From the NCBI GenBank assembly GCA_965197425.1, contig CBDANC010000006.1, positions 1 through 56,862 of the forward strand: a DNA stretch of 56,862 nucleotides, in the 5' to 3' direction. The notes beneath the pieces are model-generated. The model saw nothing but the letters and a program-made list of their open reading frames with translations. It did not search any database and was not told the origin of the DNA. This document shows positions 46,545-56,248 of this stretch, piece by piece; positions within the stretch are counted from its first letter, which is position 1, and every line of letters starts with the position of its first letter. The DNA is from Bdellovibrionales bacterium. GTDB lineage: Bacteria > Bdellovibrionota > Bdellovibrionia > Bdellovibrionales > JAUICD01. The translations under genes and the position numbers were made by a program.

Positions 46545-49500
46545 ATGTACATGTATTTAAATTTCAACCTAACTAGAAAAATAGCACCTCTGTTATTTTT
46601 CATTTTCTCTTTTTCTGTTAATGCTCAACAAACTCTAGGCGAGCTGGATACATACACAGATCCTAGTACAGCTGATCTTAGATTAGCGCAAAGTGCAGTT
46701 TCTTCATGTGAGATTTTACAGGAAGTTACTAAAATAGAAGCAAACAGCCTATCTTCACAAGAGTTTTTCGATAAACTACAAAAGACAGATTCTAACGGAA
46801 ATTTATTAATTGATACTGAAGGTTGTACTGAGAACATACTTCAGTTTGTATCATCTTTATGTTCTTCTGACTCAAATACTAACAAGTCATTTTGTAATAC
46901 CCTTGGCTTCAGTAATATTAGTAATACTATTGGTGGAGACTATAAGTCTTATGGTAGTTCTGCTCTAAGAGGCTTAGAATTAGGTAATTCTAATGCTCAA
47001 GCTCTTAGCAATAACCCTACGCTAACTAACGAAGGAAGCTCTACATTTTCAGTTACCAGCGGAGTTTCCGCAGCAGGACTTCTTTTTTCCTTTACTCCTA
47101 TTAAGAAGCTAAAGCTAGCAAGAAATTTAGTAAGATCAAATGTAGTAGCTTCTAGGGTAAAGCCTGTACTTAGTGGAGCTATGTTAATACTAGCTACCCT
47201 TGGTTTATCTTCATGTGGTGATGTTACAGAACCAGATCCTGATCCAATAATAGAGACTCCTTGTACTAGGGGAGAACCAGGGTATTTTCAGCTAACTAGT
47301 TCTACTGGTAATAGTGCTAGCAACTGTATACAGCTCATCGAACCTCCTACTATTACTTATCTTGATGAAGATGGGAATGTTATAAACACAAATGAAATCA
47401 CAAATCACAGCATAAAGGTAACCTTCAAAGAGGCTGTAGGCTTTATTGATGCTACTGACCATGGAAACTTAACTCCCGAGAATGTAGTTAAGATGGTTGA
47501 TATAAAGTTAGGTGATACTACGAGTGGAGTATCCACAGATCTTATAGATGTTGGTTTTAGTTTTACCGTAGAGATTTCAAGTGATGAGACTTCTTTTACC
47601 CTAACTCCGGAAGTAAATTACCCTGCTGGAGATTATGTAGTTGGTGTGAGTAATTATGCAAAGAAGCCTGATATATCCAAGATTGCTAATGCTACTAACA
47701 GAGCTGAGTATCTTAGCAGGGTTAATAGTATGTCCCAGTCTTTGTCCTCATTTAGTGTACATACTCCTTGTAGTAGAGGAGAGGATGGATATTTTGAGCT
47801 AAGAAATACGAATGGTTTGACAGATTGCATTAAGCTTATACTTCCTACTATTAGTTATCTGGATGAAGAAGGTAACCTTACAGAAGACACATCTACAATT
47901 ACAAATCATAGTATAAAGGTAATCTTTGATGGAAGGGTCAGTTATATAGACTCTTCTCGTTATGAAGGTCTAACAGCGGCTTTTGCAAGAAACATGATAG
48001 AGTTAAACATAAACAGTGAGAATTTATTAACTGGTACTTTTAGATTTCAGATAGAAGCTGGAGTTGAAGAAGATGAAAAATCATTTTTTATCTTAACTCC
48101 AATGTCAAGTTATCCTGCTGGAAGTTACTCAGTAAAAGTAAAAAACTATGTTAGTAGTCCTGATGCTTCAAAAATTGCAAATGCTACCAACACAGAAGAC
48201 TACCTTGCACTAATAAACAAAGGGTATTCTTCATTTTCAACACCTAATATTAGCACCTTGTGTGAAGAGAATGCTTCTGGATACTTTGAGCTAACAAATG
48301 AAGATGGTTCAAAGGACTGCATTAGGATTCCTCAGGTAGTGTTTACTTTTACCCCAAGAGGTGGAAGAGAGATGATTGAGTCAAACTTTGACCCGACTTC
48401 AGTTATAAAAATTTATTTTGATTCAGAGGTTGTGTATTTACCTGACTCTGGTCAATGGAGAGAGATTACCAAGGAAGATATTCTAGAAATGGTAGAAATC
48501 TCCATAAGACCTGAACACGGAAGAAGGGTTGATCATGTTAGTATGGACGGTGCTATAGGTTTAGATTTAGTGTCTGTAAGCAATACTGAGGGTAAGACTG
48601 TTATTACCATAGATTCTCCTTATGATCATACAAACGAAGAAGGAAGGATTTATGGTTTTCATGTTCCTTATAATATTATAGTCACAAACTTTGCTAAAAA
48701 AGCTGATGTATCCAAAGTTGCAAGTAGTAGTTCCATTGATTCCTATTTAGAGGATACTACAACTTTCTATCAGGGAATACATAGTGGATTGTACACAGCT
48801 ACCTCTTGTGATCTGGAATACAAACCATCTGGAGCAAGTTACGCTAGCTATCATGATCAGCATGGTGATGAAGAAGAGTCAGAAGATTTTATATGTGAGA
48901 CTGATGAAATGATGCATACCTTTTTACCTCCATCGGGAAGTACTACTTTTGATATGGCAATGTTTGATGCAGTGGATGATATTGATATGACTCATTTGGA
49001 AAAAACCAACCCTGGTACTAGGCATGTTATTGATCTTGCGTTTATTACTTCGGATGTTCTTTTTGAAAATGCTAGTGGTGATTGGCGTACATATTTTGAA
49101 AATAAAGTTATTAAAGGCTTAAACAAAATGTTTCAATATTCTGGAGTGAATGTTGAGTTTAGAGTTTCTCTGATTAATCCTTTTTCTGAATACAGGCAAT
49201 ATCTGTATTGTGATCTGCCTGCTATAGAAAATTTAGTTCATAAGGAACATGGATGGAAGGGGGAAGGAGTTGTGGTTGATGAATTAACTCCGATCATACG
49301 CAAACAACATCCTGTTGATATATTTGTTGTAATGCTTCCTTCTGGCGGTGGATATGCACGAATAGGTGATGGTCTTAGGCATTTCCCTGTTTCAGCTAGA
49401 TGGAGCTCTTCACTTGTTATGGGAGTTTCTGAGCATTTATTTAATATGAGTCTTAATGATGAACAAATTGAAGCTAGCACTATTAATGCTAGAAACCTCC

Positions 49501-49982
49501 TTGCACATGAAATTGGCCATGTTTTACGACTCAATCATGATGTAGATACTATGATAGAAGCAGGAGCATCTGCGGAATCACTTAGAACAACAATATATTG
49601 GACAAATGTTACTACCTTTGCTTACGGATACGGTGGTAGAAATAGTGACGAGCCCATTGGAACCGTAATGTCTTATGCCAGGCTTGATCAAATCATTCCT
49701 TTATTTAGTGCTGACAAGCAAATTTTAAGATCGGAACTTTGCGATACTGTAGAGAGGATTGGTGAGAGCCAACAGTATGGCTACTGTCGTAGTAGCAGCC
49801 CAAATCCAGATAGATTGATTAAGATTGGTGGTTCTTATAAGTATGGTATGTTTATAGACGCATCGGAAGCAATGCAATACACGGTTGGAGTTGTTTCTGA
49901 ATACTCTGATGTAGGTGCTGCTCCTTTAGATCTTTCGACAGTTTCTAACGCAATAACCGCGAGGGCACTGCGAGGCCACTGA
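46545..49982 (+). CDS. Large secreted metzincin (reprolysin-like) metalloprotease with three ~165-aa repeats
   Basis: Signal peptide ..SVNA|Q, internal LGLSSC, repeats starting T(P/L)C..GYF.L, HEIGHVLRLNH, GTVMSY; single 18-bp units at 47054 and 47519. Confidence 0.8.
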   Translation: MYMYLNFNLTRKIAPLLFFIFSFSVNAQQTLGELDTYTDPSTADLRLAQSAVSSCEILQEVTKIEANSLSSQEFFDKLQKTDSNGNLLIDTEGCTENILQFVSSLCSSDSNTNKSFCNTLGFSNISNTIGGDYKSYGSSALRGLELGNSNAQALSNNPTLTNEGSSTFSVTSGVSAAGLLFSFTPIKKLKLARNLVRSNVVASRVKPVLSGAMLILATLGLSSCGDVTEPDPDPIIETPCTRGEPGYFQLTSSTGNSASNCIQLIEPPTITYLDEDGNVINTNEITNHSIKVTFKEAVGFIDATDHGNLTPENVVKMVDIKLGDTTSGVSTDLIDVGFSFTVEISSDETSFTLTPEVNYPAGDYVVGVSNYAKKPDISKIANATNRAEYLSRVNSMSQSLSSFSVHTPCSRGEDGYFELRNTNGLTDCIKLILPTISYLDEEGNLTEDTSTITNHSIKVIFDGRVSYIDSSRYEGLTAAFARNMIELNINSENLLTGTFRFQIEAGVEEDEKSFFILTPMSSYPAGSYSVKVKNYVSSPDASKIANATNTEDYLALINKGYSSFSTPNISTLCEENASGYFELTNEDGSKDCIRIPQVVFTFTPRGGREMIESNFDPTSVIKIYFDSEVVYLPDSGQWREITKEDILEMVEISIRPEHGRRVDHVSMDGAIGLDLVSVSNTEGKTVITIDSPYDHTNEEGRIYGFHVPYNIIVTNFAKKADVSKVASSSSIDSYLEDTTTFYQGIHSGLYTATSCDLEYKPSGASYASYHDQHGDEEESEDFICETDEMMHTFLPPSGSTTFDMAMFDAVDDIDMTHLEKTNPGTRHVIDLAFITSDVLFENASGDWRTYFENKVIKGLNKMFQYSGVNVEFRVSLINPFSEYRQYLYCDLPAIENLVHKEHGWKGEGVVVDELTPIIRKQHPVDIFVVMLPSGGGYARIGDGLRHFPVSARWSSSLVMGVSEHLFNMSLNDEQIEASTINARNLLAHEIGHVLRLNHDVDTMIEAGASAESLRTTIYWTNVTTFAYGYGGRNSDEPIGTVMSYARLDQIIPLFSADKQILRSELCDTVERIGESQQYGYCRSSSPNPDRLIKIGGSYKYGMFIDASEAMQYTVGVVSEYSDVGAAPLDLSTVSNAITARALRGH

Positions 49983-50039
49983 AATAAACGAACTTGCTCG
50001 TTTTCACAGGTTTCACCTGAAACACAGTCGCTATTACTG

Positions 50040-53000
50040 CTACGGGCACGGTAGGTTCTCATTACAAGTACCACTACCATCACATACACCGCAAGTTCTG
50101 CAACCCGTACCAGGAGAGCTTGAATCGCATGTACCACCCTGGTCCCAACTGTATTGAGGTGGTCGGCATGAAAAGCATTCTGGACAATCGCTATCGTTAT
50201 CACAACAACCGTCTACAGGTTCACATCTATTGCCTATACACTGTGAACATTTAGCAGTGCAGTCACTATCGGAAGCACAACAATCTGGTATAGATACACA
50301 ACTTCCGCTAACACAATTCTCACAAGCTCCACATGAAGGGTTACACACAGGTACACACCTTTGGTTGACACATGTTTCAGTATTTGGATCACATGTAACT
50401 GGAGGACCACACTGTCCGTCAGAACTAGGACATGTTGTACATGTAGCCGTATCTACTGTACAAGTTGCTGACCCACAGGTATTACTACTACAACATGGGG
50501 TAGTTCCAGAGCACTGATTATCAGAAGTACAGCAGTTAGAATCAACCTGACAGGTATTACTACTATTACATTTATTGCAAGTTCCAGAGCAATCAGTATC
50601 TGAGGTACACCCTACACAATTACCAGTAGTAGTATCACATGTTGTTCCACCTGAACATGTAACTGGAGTACAACATCCACTAGCAGGGCAAGTTACACCA
50701 CATCCACAACTGCCACCAATATCACCAGTGGTACAAGATACTTCACCAGCAGAACAACCACAGCTAGGTTTGCAGGTACCAGAGCAACATACATCGCTTC
50801 CAGTACATGTTGATACTGGAGTTCCGCACGGTTCATCACATTTGGTACATGTAGCCGTATTGCTTGTGCAAGTTGGTTGTCCCGTAACAGGAGTGCCACA
50901 CGGCTTAGGGCATGTTACACAATTATCAGGATTTGCAGTACAAGTTGGTGGTCCAGTTTGATTGCATTGCCAAGTCGTACCTACACATTGAGCAGTCTCA
51001 CAATTATCGCTATCGCACGTTGGTTTTGTTGCACTAGGACATGTACAAGGAACTGTTTCATTACAAGATCCAGCACTGCATATTCCACATGCGCCACAAC
51101 TTGCTGTCACATTTCTTGGAGTCTCAGTTGTACTGTTAGGATCAGTGCACTCTTGACATTCAGAATCGGTTATTTGTGATCCACAAGTTGGAGGAGGATT
51201 ACCACAATTACCGGCACCATCACATGTTTGAGGAAGTACACATTTTGATGTTGGGGTTGCACAGTTATCGGCACACTGTTCGCATGCATTAGTATCTGCA
51301 ACACAAGGAGCTTTACAAGCTGGAGGATTCACACCAGTACAACAGTTTTCTCCAGTTGGACATCCACTACTTGTATCGCATTCCCAACCTCCACTACCAC
51401 ATATAACAGCCTGACAAGTGGCAGCACAATCTGGTTGTGCGCCTGAACAAGTAACACAAATAGAAGTACAAGTCCCTGGATTTTGACATGTTGGGGTTGG
51501 AACAGCACAGTCACCAGCCCCACTACAAGTAGGAGTTTTGCAAATTGCACCACACCTAACTTGACCAGTAGGACATGGAATATCCACACAACTAGAACTA
51601 CAAGTTCCTGCATCGCTACAAGATTTGCCTGCACCGCAGTCACTATTACTATTACAAGTAACAGGACAACAACTAGAGCCACAATTTCCTGCACCTTGAC
51701 ATACTCCACCAGGACAGTCAGCATCACTATTACAACCAACACCACCAACACAAGTAACACAACTAGCACTACATTGTCCTGCATCTTGACATGTTTCACC
51801 TGCATTGCAGTCGCCATCATCATCACAAGCAACAGAACAACAATTAGTTCTGCACTGATTATCAGGACAACAAGTCTGACCAGTTGGGCATGGATTAGGA
51901 GTACACACTGGAGGAGGTGGTGGCGGGGGTGGAGGATCTACACAACCCCCACTACCATCACATATCTTACCGCTTGAACATCTTGATACTGGAGAAGAAC
52001 ATGGACCGTGGCATTCTTCGCAGTTATTAGAACTTGCATTACATGGGGCCCTACAACTGTAAGAACAACATATATCACCACCACCACAATGACCGTTATT
52101 CAGACACTCAACACAATTACTAGCACCATCACAGTACGGAGTAGGGGCACTACACTTATACTGACAGACACCAGGAGTACCAAAACTACAACTAAAACAA
52201 TTAGGGGTATTACAAGGCGTAGCCCCTGTACAAATACCACAACCTAGACCATTGGTATTACAGGTAGCTCCACATGTAGGATCCTCATTAAATCCACAAC
52301 TCACACTACTAGGACATAAACGATCCACTGTCCTATTTAAAGAATCAAGAGGATGAGAACAGTTAGTACAAGGACCTCCTGTAGGACAAAGAAAAGGATT
52401 GTAGTTGTTAACACCACTACAACAATTTACACCAGCCTTATAACAGGTAACTCCACCTAAGCTTGCAGAACCACCATTACAAGATTGTCTGGTGGTCTCA
52501 GGGTAATCACGCATATAACCTTGGCCACATTGCACACAGGCTGTACCATCGTTTACACACTGCTCAACCCAATAATCACAAGTAACTCCAGTACCATTAA
52601 CAGGACGAACAGGGCTGTTCGCAGGACCTGTCCTCTCCTCTATGGAATCATCAAAATAATTATTGTAAATTCTAATATTACTAAGCTTTACACAACTAGA
52701 TGTACCGTTAGTTATACCATTACCTAATAATAGATTAAATGTATGCTCACAATCACTCCGAGCATTATAAAATGGATTAGCTATCCTACGGTTGTACTTA
52801 GCAATATTAGGATCAGGATTTGTAACACCACAGTTTTTGGAAGGAGTTGCGTAACTGCCAGAAGCATGAATATTACCAAACTGTGCACAGTTGTAGGCAA
52901 AAACCCTATGCTCCTCTGTATAATCATCACTCTGTATCTGTCCATTTTCTGTGGCAGAGTAATCATTACCATACTCATCTACTAACTTAAATCTAACTCT

Positions 53001-54728
53001 ATAATCAGCATCCTGATCTTCATCAGGCCAACTGGATACATTTAAATTATCTAACTCAAGTCCTAACGTACCATCATCTACGCTAGATAAACTAGCTATC
53101 AATGAAGCACGGTTAGGTTGACTAGAGGTAAGCTTAAAGTTCTCACATAAATCCCACTTAGGTGAACTTGTACTGCCATCCGTACTACCGGACTTTGTAG
53201 GGTTGCTTCTTATACCAAGCTTATGTACACCACCATTACCAAAAGGCCTATAGGAACTTAAACCTGCTATATCATCACAATTAGGGGTGCCCTTAACACA
53301 GTCCTCAAAACTACTCTTATCAAAACCACATAAAAAGACCCCTCTAAAATCTGCCTTATTAACACTATCATTCCAAACCTTACCAATATTCCTAAAGTTT
53401 AATGTAGCTTCTGTAGCATAATCACTAAGAGTAGCATGAGTAGCTCCATCAGGCTTAGTAGGGATAGAATCAGCAGCACCATACTTATAACCAACATTTA
53501 AACCAGGGTTGTTTTGAAGGGGGTGAGTTGTGGAAGCTATAAAATCATTAGAACCATCTTTAATCTCTCTGTCATGGTGAACATATACAGGTCTTCTAGA
53601 TGGAGGAACTGCAAAGCTGTTAGCATAAGCAAATAACTTATTTGACTTACAGGATCTTTCTAACTTATCCACACCAGGTCTTGTTTTAACTTCAACAAAT
53701 AACTTCAAACCTACATCTGACCTCATCTGGGCTGAAGTTAGACTCCTCTCCAGCTTATAACCAATCTTATTCTGTCTCTCTAATTCGTTGGTGCCTAAAA
53801 TACTATCTGTAATGTATCTATCATACTTAGAATGAGGTCTTAAAAAGACTGCTGGATGAACCTTAGTATCAGTACAACCAAGAGCACTACGATTAGATAA
53901 ACTCCAAGGCCTTATACCTATCTTCACATCATATGGCTGAGCAGTATTAGTATAACTAGTACTATAATCAGTAAAACCTGCTAAGAGATGCAAATTTAAG
54001 GCATTTTTGAGACTCTTGGATAAACCATATAAGTACTCAGAGGTAAAAGTATCCCAAGCATAATGATTAGAAGATAAATTAGCATCAGCCATTTCCTTAT
54101 AGTAATCAGGTTCAGGTCCTGGAGTTGCTGGTTTTACATCATCTAGCTTCTTATGTAAGTCTATCAGCTTAGCAGTGTTACCAGCCTCGTAGGTAATCAC
54201 CATATCATTAGCAAGATCAAAGGTCAGGTTATCTACATTAGATGGACATATGCTAGGAATGTTAGAACGATACTCGTTAAATAAATCTTCTACTAAACTA
54301 ACACCACTACCTCTATGAAACTTATCTACTTTCAAAGTAATGTGACTATTACTACCATGAGGCTCTATAACAAGATTAGGACCAGCATTATGAGTAGCCT
54401 CTCCACTAGGGTTTACAGATATAGTGCTTCTTTCTTCTATAGCTGCTTCAAAATCAGTAGGAGGAGTACCAGGGAAATGCTCTGAGTTAAGCAAAACAAT
54501 AGGCTCTAAGCCACCCTGAGAAAATCTCTCCATTACGTTAGTAGCTATAGCTGCACATTCATAGGAATCATCAGTCAACTTAGATGCCGTGTTCATCTGA
54601 CCAGATATAAATGTAACTACAAAACCAGATATGGATACTAAGGCTAAACCAACTACAGTCTCTATTAAAGTAAAACCACCACCAGTGGAGTATCCACCAC
54701 CTTGCAGATTGAATGATTGCTTAAACAA
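50040..54728 (-). CDS. Giant prepilin-motif protein with Cys-rich C-terminal half (start uncertain; frame open up to 54851)
   Basis: G|FTLIETVVGLALV type IV methylation motif; very many C, CC and CxxC motifs over ~850 aa; poly-Pro linker. Confidence 0.85.
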   Translation of the reverse strand: MFKQSFNLQGGGYSTGGGFTLIETVVGLALVSISGFVVTFISGQMNTASKLTDDSYECAAIATNVMERFSQGGLEPIVLLNSEHFPGTPPTDFEAAIEERSTISVNPSGEATHNAGPNLVIEPHGSNSHITLKVDKFHRGSGVSLVEDLFNEYRSNIPSICPSNVDNLTFDLANDMVITYEAGNTAKLIDLHKKLDDVKPATPGPEPDYYKEMADANLSSNHYAWDTFTSEYLYGLSKSLKNALNLHLLAGFTDYSTSYTNTAQPYDVKIGIRPWSLSNRSALGCTDTKVHPAVFLRPHSKYDRYITDSILGTNELERQNKIGYKLERSLTSAQMRSDVGLKLFVEVKTRPGVDKLERSCKSNKLFAYANSFAVPPSRRPVYVHHDREIKDGSNDFIASTTHPLQNNPGLNVGYKYGAADSIPTKPDGATHATLSDYATEATLNFRNIGKVWNDSVNKADFRGVFLCGFDKSSFEDCVKGTPNCDDIAGLSSYRPFGNGGVHKLGIRSNPTKSGSTDGSTSSPKWDLCENFKLTSSQPNRASLIASLSSVDDGTLGLELDNLNVSSWPDEDQDADYRVRFKLVDEYGNDYSATENGQIQSDDYTEEHRVFAYNCAQFGNIHASGSYATPSKNCGVTNPDPNIAKYNRRIANPFYNARSDCEHTFNLLLGNGITNGTSSCVKLSNIRIYNNYFDDSIEERTGPANSPVRPVNGTGVTCDYWVEQCVNDGTACVQCGQGYMRDYPETTRQSCNGGSASLGGVTCYKAGVNCCSGVNNYNPFLCPTGGPCTNCSHPLDSLNRTVDRLCPSSVSCGFNEDPTCGATCNTNGLGCGICTGATPCNTPNCFSCSFGTPGVCQYKCSAPTPYCDGASNCVECLNNGHCGGGDICCSYSCRAPCNASSNNCEECHGPCSSPVSRCSSGKICDGSGGCVDPPPPPPPPPVCTPNPCPTGQTCCPDNQCRTNCCSVACDDDGDCNAGETCQDAGQCSASCVTCVGGVGCNSDADCPGGVCQGAGNCGSSCCPVTCNSNSDCGAGKSCSDAGTCSSSCVDIPCPTGQVRCGAICKTPTCSGAGDCAVPTPTCQNPGTCTSICVTCSGAQPDCAATCQAVICGSGGWECDTSSGCPTGENCCTGVNPPACKAPCVADTNACEQCADNCATPTSKCVLPQTCDGAGNCGNPPPTCGSQITDSECQECTDPNSTTETPRNVTASCGACGICSAGSCNETVPCTCPSATKPTCDSDNCETAQCVGTTWQCNQTGPPTCTANPDNCVTCPKPCGTPVTGQPTCTSNTATCTKCDEPCGTPVSTCTGSDVCCSGTCKPSCGCSAGEVSCTTGDIGGSCGCGVTCPASGCCTPVTCSGGTTCDTTTGNCVGCTSDTDCSGTCNKCNSSNTCQVDSNCCTSDNQCSGTTPCCSSNTCGSATCTVDTATCTTCPSSDGQCGPPVTCDPNTETCVNQRCVPVCNPSCGACENCVSGSCVSIPDCCASDSDCTAKCSQCIGNRCEPVDGCCDNDSDCPECFSCRPPQYSWDQGGTCDSSSPGTGCRTCGVCDGSGTCNENLPCP

Positions 54729-54820
54729 ACTTTTATTCTGTTTGAAATATGCATTATTTAGCCTAGCTAGGCTTATCTTTAGAAACTGGATTAGCCGTGA
54801 GGTCCACCAGAATGGAATTT

Positions 54821-54836
54821 GGGGGGGGGGGGGGGG
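54821..54836. repeat. G16 homopolymer tract
   Basis: 16 consecutive G in an AT-rich background. Confidence 0.9.
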
Positions 54837-55042
54837 TGAGTTAAATATTCGTTATTACTAAGGTTTTTAGCATTAACTTCTTCGCCAACAACATCAACAG
54901 CACCAGCACTGTTGGTGTTACAACTGTCGATACCCCTGTGAGAGTTTTTGTTTCGAAAGCCCCATCCCATAAACAAGATCATAACAAACGAGATACACAT
55001 TGCTATAACTTTTTTTAGAAAATCCCAATAAAATACACCACA

Positions 55043-55193
55043 AAGGTCTTCCTAACGAGGCAAAAAACAAGTGGACTTGTTATCTTTTTTGCTAAGCGAA
55101 TTACGTTCAACAACACTGATTGAGTTCAGCAAATAATGGACTTGTTCCATTTTTGCTGGACGAATTACGTTCCGGCACAGTCACTTAAGACCT
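55043..55193 (+). repeat. Divergent hairpin cassette with two cores, each followed by CGAATTACGTTC
   Basis: AAGGTCTTCCTAACGAGGC start; GGACTTGTT apex twice; ends AAGACCT. Confidence 0.75.
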
Positions 55194-55379
55194 CAACCTC
55201 CTAAAGCTTCGTTTGATTTTTGTCATAGGCCCTACGTTCTGGTGGGCCTCACAGCTTATCCACTTACACAACAATGACCTCCTTCTGACAACAAACTGGT
55301 TTGCCAGACGAGGGTAAGCGTTGGTAAATTAGAAAATGAGTTTATATTAAACCAAAAATTTTAAAACTATAAAAAGAAA

Positions 55380-56192
55380 ATGATAAAAATAAAAAATACC
55401 ATTTATCTATTAAACGAATTGAAAAAAAATATATTTTTGTTTTTGATTTTCATTTGCAATACAAGTTTGGCACAAGATGTGGAAACTCCACTCGTAAATG
55501 CAGAGGAAAGACGAGAAAGAATAGAAGGTGATAGTTACTTTGATACACTACAAACCATAGACAAAAAGGGGGTACATAAATACAGCGTAAAAGCTTCTCC
55601 TATAAGCGCAAATATTGGTCTAAAACTGGGTTTTATTAACCCGCCAGAAATAGACTCTAGAGTCAACTACAACACTATTTATGACTACAGTAAAAACTTT
55701 CTAATACTCGCAGACTATGAACACAAACTGTTCAAAAAACTTGGACACATGGCCATAAAACTAGGCCTTGGACTAATGTTTGCAAGGGGCACTGGAATCT
55801 TTGCAGAAGGAATTAATGCAGATAAACAAGCACTAGAAAAATATACACTAATAATAGCCCCAATTAGTGTAGGACTAAACTACAGACTTCAATACTGGAG
55901 CAACCAATTTTTATCCCCATTTGTACTAGCAGGAGCAGATATGTTTAACATTATGGAAATTAGAGATGATGGAGCAAGACCAAATGTAATGTCATCACCG
56001 TCAGTTCACTTTGGAGGAGGCATACAAATAACCATCGACAGCTTGGCAGGATCACAAGTAAATAACTTAGAAAAAGAATACGGAGTAAATCATATGTACA
56101 TACTAGCAGAAATAAGACAATACATAGGCATTACAACAAATGTAAATCTAAACAACACTTTATTTTTAGGTGGCGTTAGCTTCGACTTCTAG
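55380..56192 (+). CDS. Outer membrane beta-barrel protein
   Basis: Signal peptide SLA|Q, alternating beta strands, terminal Phe (GVSFDF); 18-bp unit at 55479-55496. Confidence 0.75.
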   Translation: MIKIKNTIYLLNELKKNIFLFLIFICNTSLAQDVETPLVNAEERRERIEGDSYFDTLQTIDKKGVHKYSVKASPISANIGLKLGFINPPEIDSRVNYNTIYDYSKNFLILADYEHKLFKKLGHMAIKLGLGLMFARGTGIFAEGINADKQALEKYTLIIAPISVGLNYRLQYWSNQFLSPFVLAGADMFNIMEIRDDGARPNVMSSPSVHFGGGIQITIDSLAGSQVNNLEKEYGVNHMYILAEIRQYIGITTNVNLNNTLFLGGVSFDF

Positions 56193-56202
56193 CAAAAAAA
56201 TA

Positions 56203-56238
56203 GTGGGTACCCCACTGGCGGTGAATACTCCACTTGTG
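56203..56238. repeat. Two 18-bp units between convergent genes
   Basis: GTGGGTACCCCACTGGCG GTGAATACTCCACTTGTG. Confidence 0.75.
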
Positions 56239-56248
56239 TTTGAACAAA

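Noticed and set aside
50230..52985. Multiple antisense and alternate-frame ORFs within the Cys-rich gene
   Set aside because: Shadow ORFs caused by biased codon use in the repetitive Cys/Thr/Gly region.
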